From contig JAJRZW010000001.1 of assembly GCA_024275015.1 (NCBI GenBank), forward strand, positions 706-64,705: a stretch of 64,000 nt of DNA. The letters run 5' to 3'. The translations under genes and the position numbers were made by a program. This DNA is from Deltaproteobacteria bacterium (lineage in GTDB: Bacteria; Desulfobacterota; Desulfobulbia; Desulfobulbales; JAJRZW01). The notes beneath the pieces are model-generated. The model was not told the origin of the DNA. It ran no database searches and worked only from the letters and a program-made list of their open reading frames with translations. Below are positions 9,477 through 18,527 of the stretch, in pieces (positions within the stretch are counted from its first letter, which is position 1; every line of letters begins with the position of its first letter).

Positions 9477-10130
9477 ATGCGAAACTTCACCGGCCTTGTC
9501 CGACCGTTGAAAAAACCGGCCATGGCTTTTTCGATCCTGCTCTTTTGTTTACTGCCGGCCTGTGTCATGGCTCCGGCGCCGCGGACGGCCGGGGCCGGGA
9601 TCGTCGAATCGCCGCCGGTGGTATTTGTCCATCCTCTCAATCATGAACTGTACCGGGGGGCGCGGCTGGCGGTGCTGCCGTTTGCGGGCGAAAATCGTGA
9701 GCTCGGGATGAACGCGGCCGCGGTGTTTCGTGACATCTTTCTTGCCAGTGGTCTGTTCAAAGCCGTTTTTGTGGTCGATAAGCAGGCGGGGACCCGGGCC
9801 CGGGCCCGGGCGGTCGCGGGCGATGCCGATCTGGTGGTATTTGCCCGGATCAACCGTGCCTTTATTGATGGCGGCGTCGGCGGCGCCGGGCTGGATGTGT
9901 CATTAAGGATATTGCATGGTAAGAGCGGCGATACGGTGTGGTATATGCGTCAGAGTGTGGAACGACCGGTACGGTGGCCGCGCAAGGACTTTGGCGCCCG
10001 TCTCGGTCGGGCTTTCAGTCCCCAAGCGGTGCTGGCGCCGGCGCCGGCCGCGGTGCTGCCGAATATGCTCACGGTTGTCGCCCGGGATATGGCCCGGGTG
10101 ATGGCCGACAGGAGACGGGCGGGTATCTGA
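9477..10130 (+). CDS. putative lipoprotein, function unknown
   Basis: AGGAG RBS. Signal ends LLPAC. The LAVLPFAGEN...ADLVVFARI pattern loosely resembles LpoB/FlgO/CsgG-fold lipoproteins. Confidence 0.5.
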   Translation: MRNFTGLVRPLKKPAMAFSILLFCLLPACVMAPAPRTAGAGIVESPPVVFVHPLNHELYRGARLAVLPFAGENRELGMNAAAVFRDIFLASGLFKAVFVVDKQAGTRARARAVAGDADLVVFARINRAFIDGGVGGAGLDVSLRILHGKSGDTVWYMRQSVERPVRWPRKDFGARLGRAFSPQAVLAPAPAAVLPNMLTVVARDMARVMADRRRAGI

Positions 10131-10200
10131 AAATTATGGATCCGTGAACTTCTGAAGGGGGCGGCCAAGGCACGGATTTCAGGAAAATGCGTATGCCCCG

Positions 10201-11907
<1,707 letters not shown>

Positions 11908-12277
11908 TTAATATCGTGGTCTCCCCGTACCTGACTCGACCTCAAGCACTCACGGCTTCAGGTGATATGTCTGCATCAGACACGAGACGTTGAATTGTGA
12001 CCGTGTCTGAATTAGACTGACGCAGTCAGTTGCTCTCCTTTGTAATTCCGTTGAAAAAGACAAAGGGTATGCGGCGGTGTGGCCGCGTCTGACATAAAAC
12101 CTGAATCCGTGCCGTCTTTGCCCGCCCTGCGGGGCGTCCCGGTAACCGGCAATTTGCTTTGTCGGCGAGTGCGTTGATATCCGGTGACCGAAGTAATCAA
12201 CCTGCTCTCCTCTCCGCATCCGGTCCGTCCCTGAACGCTCATGGATTCAGGCGTAAATCCTTAATCTGGTGGTTTTT

Positions 12278-12622
12278 ATGTTTGGTATCGGTCTGCCCGA
12301 GTTAATTCTGATTATGGTCATTGCCCTGCTGGTGGTGGGGCCGGAGAAATTACCCGGCCTGGCGCGAACCATTGCCGGCTATGTGGTGGAGTTGAAAAAG
12401 GCCGCCAATACCCTGAAACAGAGCCTGAACGACGAAGAAGATCAGCGCCCCTGGGAAGGAACGCCGCGGGACTTTACCCTGCCGGAAGGGTTCTCTGCCG
12501 CGACTGGAATCGTGCCGGAACCGGAACCGGAACCGGAGAACGTGGACGCGCAGCAGGCGGCCCCTGCTGATACCGTCCCCGAATCCGGCCACGACCCTGA
12601 GGTCGAAGAAACCGATGGCTGA
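12278..12622 (+). CDS. tatA: twin-arginine translocase TatA/TatB-family subunit
   Basis: MFGIGLPELILIMVIALLVVGPEKLP is a canonical TatA/B N-terminus. Long acidic, Pro-rich tail. ATG 12278 preferred over GTG 12269. Confidence 0.85.
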   Translation: MFGIGLPELILIMVIALLVVGPEKLPGLARTIAGYVVELKKAANTLKQSLNDEEDQRPWEGTPRDFTLPEGFSAATGIVPEPEPEPENVDAQQAAPADTVPESGHDPEVEETDG

Positions 12623-13337
12623 TAATGGCCTGCTTTCGGAATTATTTATCCATCATCTTCGGGAGCTGCGGCGGCGGATTGGCTTTTCTCTCCTGGCGGT
12701 GGTGGTTGCCGCCGGGGTGGTCTATCCCCTGCGGTTGCCGATCTCCCGTTTTCTCTGCCGCCCCCTGGCGCTGCGGATGCCTGATTTCAACGGGCTGGTT
12801 TATACCAGTCTCCCCGAGGCCTTTGTCGCTTATATTAAATTAGCGGCGGTTCTGGGGCTGCTTATCGCGTCCCCGGTGCTGCTTTTCAACCTCTGGCGTT
12901 TTGTTTCCCCGGGGCTGAAGCCGGAGGAGCGGCGGGCCGGACGGATGGTGGTCCTGACCGGGAGCCTGCTATTCTTTTCCGGGGTCGCTTTTTATTATCT
13001 CGTCGCCCTGCCGCGGATGCTGGCCTTTTTCCTCTGGTTTGAAGGAGGGCGTTTTGAGCCGGTGCTGAAACTCGGCAGCTATCTTGGTTTTGTCGCCCGG
13101 GGCGGCCTGGTATTCGGCCTTGCCTTTGAGATCCCGTTTCTGGTGGCGGCGGCGATCCGGATCGGGGCGGTGCGCAAGGACTATTTTCGTAAAAAACGAT
13201 TGTCATTCTATTTCGCCCTCGCGGTCATCGCTTTTCTTCTTGCCGGCGGCGACGTGGTTGCCACTGTTTTTCTCATGATTCCCCTGGCCGGACTGCAGGA
13301 ACTCGGGGTTCTCTTTGCCGGTAATCCGGCAGACTGA
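12615..13337 (+). CDS. tatC: twin-arginine translocase subunit TatC
   Basis: 240 aa polytopic protein with TatC-like HLRELRRR and a six-TM pattern. Overlaps the tatA stop. Confidence 0.9.
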   Translation: MADNGLLSELFIHHLRELRRRIGFSLLAVVVAAGVVYPLRLPISRFLCRPLALRMPDFNGLVYTSLPEAFVAYIKLAAVLGLLIASPVLLFNLWRFVSPGLKPEERRAGRMVVLTGSLLFFSGVAFYYLVALPRMLAFFLWFEGGRFEPVLKLGSYLGFVARGGLVFGLAFEIPFLVAAAIRIGAVRKDYFRKKRLSFYFALAVIAFLLAGGDVVATVFLMIPLAGLQELGVLFAGNPAD

Positions 13338-13437
13338 TTTTCTCTCCCTCTGTTTTTCCGGGAAAACTTGACGAACTCGTAACAATTATCAGGATGGATA
13401 GTTTAAGGATTTTGATATAACAAGGAGTCAAACGCTC

Positions 13438-13560
13438 CATCAACACCACCCTGAACTCGATTTAACCCTTTGATATAAATAAGTATAATCAAGTGGGGTA
13501 AACCTCGCGCATGACGGTGTCCTGAAATCTTTACAGAGTGTGATTGTTTTTGCATTAGGG
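13438..13560 (+). repeat. family-F repeat copy F1 (promoter-like core)
   Basis: ~125 bp homologous to 61612-61738. Contains TTAACC-16 nt-TATAAT (13462-13489). Confidence 0.7.
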
Positions 13561-13574
13561 GTGATTGATTGATC

Positions 13575-13652
13575 GCTTACCCAAGGAGCAGGGGGGGCTG
13601 GGAGTGAGTCCCTGTCCCGCCATGGCGGGATCGAACGAGCAACATGCGTTAC
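13575..13652. repeat. family-D repeat, degenerate copy D1
   Basis: Core CCCGCCATGGCGGGAT plus a degenerate right arm GCGTTACGACGCCAT. Confidence 0.55.
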
Positions 13653-13712
13653 GACGCCATTAAACTTGTCAGCAACAATTTTACTGTCCTAAGATAAAAA
13701 AATACTTGTCTG

Positions 13713-13739
13713 TGATAATTTTTAATGATAATCGTTAGC
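13713..13739. promoter_or_regulatory. Fur-box-like operator upstream of the cyd operon
   Basis: TTTAATGATAATCGTTAGC (13721-13739) matches 15 of 19 positions of the classical GATAATGATAATCATTATC box. An extra GATAAT hexamer lies just upstream. Confidence 0.45.
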
Positions 13740-13774
13740 ATTAACAAAACAGCTTATTGCCCGGTGGAGGAGGT

Positions 13775-14041
13775 ATGAAGGCGTTACTGTCAAGGACATA
13801 TTCCTTTTATCGTGACGGGTTAGCCGCCATGACCATCGGCCGAACCCTGTGGAAGATCATCATCATCAAGCTGATCATCATATTCGGAGTGATCCGGTTT
13901 TTTTTTATGCCCGATGTTTTAAATGAGAATTTTGCCGACGCCGCGGCAAAGGCGGATCATGTCGCCGCCGTGTTGACCCGCGTAACCCCGGTCGTTTCGG
14001 GAGCGGCCGTAAATTTTAAAACGGGAGGTAGAGATGATTGA
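13775..14041 (+). CDS. DUF4492-like small membrane protein of the cytochrome bd operon
   Basis: GGAGGAGG RBS. 88 aa with one TM segment (WKIIIIKLIIIFGVIRFFF). Overlaps the cydA start. Confidence 0.6.
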   Translation: MKALLSRTYSFYRDGLAAMTIGRTLWKIIIIKLIIIFGVIRFFFMPDVLNENFADAAAKADHVAAVLTRVTPVVSGAAVNFKTGGRDD

Positions 14042-15569
14042 GCAATTAGGTGCGGCGACGGTAAATTGGGCTCGGGCCCAGTTTGCCCTTACCGCCATGT
14101 ACCACTGGATTTTTGTGCCCCTGACCCTGGGGTTGTCGTTTCTGTTAGCCTTTTTTGAGACGATTTACGTCAAGACCGGGGACGAGAGCTGGAAACGGCT
14201 GACCCGCTTCTGGATGCGGCTGTTTGCGATTAACTTTGCCATCGGTATTGCCACCGGGATCATCCTTGAATTTGAGTTCGGCACCAACTGGTCCAATTAC
14301 TCCTGGATGGTCGGCGATATCTTCGGCGCGCCGCTTGCGGCCGAGGGTATTTTTGCCTTCTTCCTTGAGGCCACCTTTTTCGCGGTGATGTTTTTTGGTT
14401 GGGATCGGGTGTCGAAAAGGATGCACCTTTTTTCCACCTGGATGGTCGCTGTCGGCTCAAATCTTTCCGCCCTGTGGATTCTGGTCGCCAACGCCTGGAT
14501 GCAGCACCCGGTGGGGATGGATTTCAACGCCGAGATGGCCCGTTTCGAGATGCGTAATTTTCGTGAGATCCTTTTTTCGCCGGTGGCAATCAGCAAGTTC
14601 ACTCACACCACAAGTTCAGCCTTCATGTTAGGCTCTTTTTTCGTTATCGCGGTGTCGTCATGGTACCTTCTCAAGGGACGGCATCTGAAGATGGCGAAAA
14701 GGAGCATGATCGTCGCCGCGGTATTCGCCCTGCTGTCCTCGGTGATGGTCGGGGTAACCGGCGATGAGGCGGCTTATAGCATTGCCCGGATTCAGCCGAT
14801 GAAGCTTGCCGCCATTGAGGGATTATATCAGGGTGAGGATAATGCCGGTCTTGTGGCGGTGGGGTTGATGAATCACGCCAAGAAGGTGGATAACGACGAG
14901 GCCCCTTTTCTTGCCGCCGCCAGGATCCCGGGGCTCCTTTCCCTGCTGGCCAACAGGCGTTTCGGTTCGTTTGTTCCCGGGATCAATGACCTGGTCTACG
15001 GTAACCAACAGCGCCATATTGTCGGGATAAAGGAAAAGATGGTTCGCGGCCGGGAGGCTGTCTGGGCCCTGGGGATGTATAAAAAGGCGCGCAGGAACGA
15101 CGATGCCCGCGGTGCATCCGCGGCCCTGACTAACTTTAATCTTAATAAGGCCTATCTCGGCTACGGTTACCTTTCACGTCCGGAAGAGGCGGTTCCGCCG
15201 GTGCCGTTGAGTTTCTACAGTTTCCATATCATGGTGGTTCTGGGCACTGTCCTGCCCCTTGTCTGTATCTTTATTTTGTATTTCAGCAATAAGGGCAGTC
15301 TTGAAAGGCAGCGCTGGCTTCTGGGTGCCGGGGTCGCCTCGGTGTTCATGGGGTGGGTCGCCCAGGAGGCGGGCTGGGTGGTGGCCGAGGTCGGGCGGCA
15401 GCCGTGGGCGATCCAGGGGCTTTTGCCGGTGAGTGTGGCCCGTTCAAATATCGGCGCCGGATCGGTACAGACGACTTTCTTCATGTTTCTCATCCTCTTT
15501 ACCCTGCTGGCCTGGGCCGAGGTACGGATTATGCTCAATCAGATAAAAAAAGGCCCGGAGGATAATTGA
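14034..15569 (+). CDS. cydA: cytochrome bd ubiquinol oxidase subunit I
   Basis: 511 aa starting ARAQFALTAMYHWIFVPLTLG. CydA-like throughout, including a Q-loop region. Confidence 0.95.
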   Translation: MIEQLGAATVNWARAQFALTAMYHWIFVPLTLGLSFLLAFFETIYVKTGDESWKRLTRFWMRLFAINFAIGIATGIILEFEFGTNWSNYSWMVGDIFGAPLAAEGIFAFFLEATFFAVMFFGWDRVSKRMHLFSTWMVAVGSNLSALWILVANAWMQHPVGMDFNAEMARFEMRNFREILFSPVAISKFTHTTSSAFMLGSFFVIAVSSWYLLKGRHLKMAKRSMIVAAVFALLSSVMVGVTGDEAAYSIARIQPMKLAAIEGLYQGEDNAGLVAVGLMNHAKKVDNDEAPFLAAARIPGLLSLLANRRFGSFVPGINDLVYGNQQRHIVGIKEKMVRGREAVWALGMYKKARRNDDARGASAALTNFNLNKAYLGYGYLSRPEEAVPPVPLSFYSFHIMVVLGTVLPLVCIFILYFSNKGSLERQRWLLGAGVASVFMGWVAQEAGWVVAEVGRQPWAIQGLLPVSVARSNIGAGSVQTTFFMFLILFTLLAWAEVRIMLNQIKKGPEDN

Positions 15570-15570
15570 A

Positions 15571-16701
15571 ATGATCGGTAAACTTGATCTCGCAACCCTG
15601 CAGAACCTCTGGTGGCTCATCTGCTCCGTGGTCGGCGCTCTTTTTGTTTTTCTCACCTTTGTCCAGGGGGGGCAGTCGATGCTCCTTGCCATCGGTCATG
15701 ACGAGGATGAAAAACGGCTGGTGGTCAACTCGTTAGGTCGTAAATGGGAACTGACTTTCACTACCCTGGTCCTTTTCGGCGGGGCGCTTTTTGCCGCCTT
15801 TCCCAAATTTTACGCCACCAGTTTTGGCGGCGCCTACTGGGTCTGGATGTTTATTCTTTTCACCTTCATTATTCAGGCGGTGAGCTATGAATACCGCAGC
15901 AAGGAGGACAATTTCCTGGGGACCCTGACCTATGATATTTTTCTTCTTGTAAACGGGGTGGTGGGTGTCCTCCTCATCGGAGTCGCGGTTGGGACCTTTT
16001 TTACCGGGGCCAATTTCAGCCTTAATGCCTATAACCTGGTTACCTGGCACCATCCCCTGCGGGGGCTCGAAGCGGTTTTCAACCCCTTCAATCTCGCCCT
16101 GGGGTTGTTCCTGGTCTTTCTTGCCCGGACGCTCGCGGCCCTGTATCTGAAGAATAACCTCGCCCACGAGGGCCTGCGGCTGAGGCTGGGCCGGGCGGGG
16201 TTCAGGAACCTGCTCTATGCCCTGCCGTTTCTTTTATATGTCCTTGGCCGGCTTGTTTTCATGGACGGCTACGCGGTTGATCCGGAAAGCGGGGCGGTGG
16301 GGCTCGAGGCGGGGAAATATCTCCACAATCTCATGGTCATGCCGCTGCTGGCTGTCATGCTGGCCTGCGGCCTTGTTCTGGTGATATGGGGGGTGGTGGG
16401 CAATCGTTTTACCAGCGGCGACAAGGGGATCTGGCTTGCCGGGCCGGGAACGTTCCTGGTGGCGCTTACCCTCTTTCTTCTCGCCGGTTACAACAACACC
16501 CCGTTTTATCCCTCGACCTTTGATCCGGCGAGTTCGCTTACCATTCACAATGCCTCAAGCAGCCATTATACCCTCACCGTCATGAGCTATATCGCCCTCG
16601 CGATCCCGGTGGTTCTCGCCTATGTCTTCTGTTTCTGGCGCAAGATGGACATCGGCAAACTTTCTACCGCCGACATGGCCCGGGAACTTGATCTTTATTG
16701 A
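15571..16701 (+). CDS. cydB: cytochrome bd ubiquinol oxidase subunit II
   Basis: 376 aa polytopic protein starting 2 nt after the cydA stop. Confidence 0.93.
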   Translation: MIGKLDLATLQNLWWLICSVVGALFVFLTFVQGGQSMLLAIGHDEDEKRLVVNSLGRKWELTFTTLVLFGGALFAAFPKFYATSFGGAYWVWMFILFTFIIQAVSYEYRSKEDNFLGTLTYDIFLLVNGVVGVLLIGVAVGTFFTGANFSLNAYNLVTWHHPLRGLEAVFNPFNLALGLFLVFLARTLAALYLKNNLAHEGLRLRLGRAGFRNLLYALPFLLYVLGRLVFMDGYAVDPESGAVGLEAGKYLHNLMVMPLLAVMLACGLVLVIWGVVGNRFTSGDKGIWLAGPGTFLVALTLFLLAGYNNTPFYPSTFDPASSLTIHNASSSHYTLTVMSYIALAIPVVLAYVFCFWRKMDIGKLSTADMARELDLY

Positions 16702-16712
16702 AGGAGGAAATA

Positions 16713-16805
16713 ATGCAGATGATTTTATTGATCGGCTGGCTGGTGTTGATAGTCGCTTCCCTGAAAGGGGCGGAGTATGCCCTGAAAAAAATGGGAGAGC
16801 TGTAA
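16713..16805 (+). CDS. candidate CydX-like small membrane peptide (30 aa)
   Basis: AAGGAGG RBS at 16701-16707. Encodes MQMILLIGWLVLIVASLKGAEYALKKMGEL, a single TM segment, directly after cydB. Below the ORF-track size cut-off. Confidence 0.45.
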   Translation: MQMILLIGWLVLIVASLKGAEYALKKMGEL

Positions 16806-16843
16806 TACCGGCCCTGAGTCGTTGAACGGTGAATTTGGCTTTT

Positions 16844-16955
16844 GATGGTGTTGTAAAAAGTCCGATTCACTGCGTCCTGGCGTTTTTTTGTTCGCCATAT
16901 CCCGCCATGGCGGGATATGGCCTCGATCGCGAATCGGAATTATTGCGACGCCATC
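16844..16955. repeat. family-D palindromic repeat copy D2
   Basis: Arms GATGGTGTTGTAAAAAGTCCGAT and ATCGGAATTATTGCGACGCCATC flank the core ATATCCCGCCATGGCGGGATAT. Confidence 0.7.
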
Positions 16956-16982
16956 ATCCTTGAATCTGAATGGAGGTAACAA

Positions 16983-17567
16983 ATGAGTATCGTAACCAGT
17001 TCGGCCCCGGATTTCACCGCCCAGGCGGTGATGGCGGACAACAGTTTTGCAGAGTTGAACCTGTCGGCCTATAAGGGCCGCTATGTCCTTCTGTTTTTCT
17101 ATCCCCTGGACTTCACCTTTGTCTGTCCCTCGGAAATCCTCGCCTTTAACCGGGCTAATGATGAGTTCAAAAAACGCGATTGCGACCTGATCGGGGTTTC
17201 GGTTGATTCGCATTACACCCATTTCGCCTGGCGCAACACCCCGGTAAACGAGGGCGGTATCGGACAGATAAGTTTTCCCCTGGTCGCTGATCTCGACAAG
17301 TCGATCGCGAGGAAATACGGAGTGCTGTTCAACAACGAGGTCGCGCTCCGGGGACAGTTCATCATCGACAAGGATCAGGTGGTGCGTCACGCCCTGATCA
17401 ATGATCTGCCCCTGGGACGTAATGTTGAAGAGGCATTGAGGATTCTCGACGCCCTTCAGTTCCACGAGGCCCACGGTGAGGTCTGCCCGGCCAACTGGCG
17501 CCCGGGTGAAGACGGTATGACTCCCACCGCCGAAGGGGTGGCCAGCTACCTCGCGAACCACGGCTGA
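16983..17567 (+). CDS. ahpC: 2-Cys peroxiredoxin (AhpC/Prx1 type)
   Basis: 194 aa with LFFYPLDFTFVCPSEI (peroxidatic Cys) and a resolving Cys in EVCPANW. Confidence 0.92.
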   Translation: MSIVTSSAPDFTAQAVMADNSFAELNLSAYKGRYVLLFFYPLDFTFVCPSEILAFNRANDEFKKRDCDLIGVSVDSHYTHFAWRNTPVNEGGIGQISFPLVADLDKSIARKYGVLFNNEVALRGQFIIDKDQVVRHALINDLPLGRNVEEALRILDALQFHEAHGEVCPANWRPGEDGMTPTAEGVASYLANHG

Positions 17568-17571
17568 GAAC

Positions 17572-17729
17572 TTAACAGACTGTCGAAAAAGCCGTCCTGG
17601 CTTTTTCAACTCCCGGTTGGCCAAAACAAGTTCCGGCTAACCTCTTGATTTCACTGTAATTTTTCAACCCGGTGAAATCGGCGACGCGTCCGTGCGCCGC
17701 GACCAGCCCGTTTTTCAACGGGCTGTTAA
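17572..17729 (+). mobile_element. family-A MITE copy A3
   Basis: Full copy flanked by TTAA/TTAA. TIRs CAGACTGTCGAAAAA and TTTTTCAACGGGCTG. Confidence 0.8.
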
Positions 17730-17844
17730 GGTTTTTTCCGTTGTCCGGATTTGATCCCTCTTGTCCCTTCATCTCCCGTGTGGCTGTGGCGTGAGGAATA
17801 ATGAGGCCTTAACCGGTCAGGGGATATTTTACTGCCGGTGTTGG

Positions 17845-17974
17845 TTGTTGGCCTTGCGATAAATTGCGGGTCAACGGTAATCGCGCTTCTAACTTGTTGA
17901 AATTACGTAGATCAATTTCCGTTTGAGAGACTTGTTACGACTTCATCTTGGTTGATGAAGTCGTAACAAGTCTC
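17845..17974 (+). repeat. family-E repeat copy E1, ending in a 48-nt perfect hairpin
   Basis: Homologous to 32096-32204. Positions 17927-17947 and 17954-17974 are perfect 21-nt inverted arms around a 6-nt loop. Confidence 0.75.
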
Positions 17975-18050
17975 CGTTCCGGCTTGAAACACCGCTTGTC
18001 CCGGTATGGCAGGGGTACGAAGTAATCCCGGGGCGAACAATCAGATTCTT

Positions 18051-18494
18051 TCAGGGCCTCCTGATAACAAATTCGTCGACGAGTTTGTTGCCGTTGATCA
18101 GGATTTTGGTTTTGATCCGGTTTTCTCCCGGTTTCAGGTCGACATCGCCGCCGTGTCCCATGTTCATTACCATGGTCATCACCTTCTGGACCCCGTCGTC
18201 CGCGGTTGTGATCAGGTAACCGACCCGGCCGTTTTCGGTCATTTTCCCTTTCATGTCAGTAAGATAGAGCATCAGGTGATGCGATTTTATCCCCGGGGTT
18301 GTTTTCAGCCCCTTTTCTTTGACCTCCGTCTTCATGTCGATGAGGTAATACTGCAGCCGGTAGCCCTTAACCACGGCGCTACGGATTTTTTCGCCCTTCG
18401 GCGCGCTCATGGCATTGGCGGAATGGTCCATGCCCGGGGCCAGACCGGCGGTCATGATGAAAATAGCGGCGGTGATAATGATTTTTTTAAGCAT
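18051..18494 (-). CDS. periplasmic Met/His-rich protein, putative metal-binding accessory of the Cus-type operon
   Basis: Signal peptide (MLKKIIITAAIFIMTAGLAPG) and Met/His clusters (HHLMLYLTDMKGKM, MTMVMNMGHGG). Last gene of the efflux operon. Confidence 0.5.
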   Translation of the reverse strand: MLKKIIITAAIFIMTAGLAPGMDHSANAMSAPKGEKIRSAVVKGYRLQYYLIDMKTEVKEKGLKTTPGIKSHHLMLYLTDMKGKMTENGRVGYLITTADDGVQKVMTMVMNMGHGGDVDLKPGENRIKTKILINGNKLVDEFVIRRP

Positions 18495-18527
18495 GTTGTT
18501 CTCCTTGGTTATCAGGGTTGGATGGTT

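Noticed and set aside
11950-12242. 89-aa and 76-aa minus-strand ORFs in the purA-tatA spacer
   Set aside because: They overlap each other in different frames, have no RBS, and have biased Arg/Gly/Thr composition. The region looks non-coding.
16725-17624. 299-aa ORF on the minus strand
   Set aside because: It lies entirely antisense to the clearly homologous peroxiredoxin gene (16983-17567) and runs into MITE A3. The sequence is low-complexity, as expected for a shadow ORF in GC-rich DNA.
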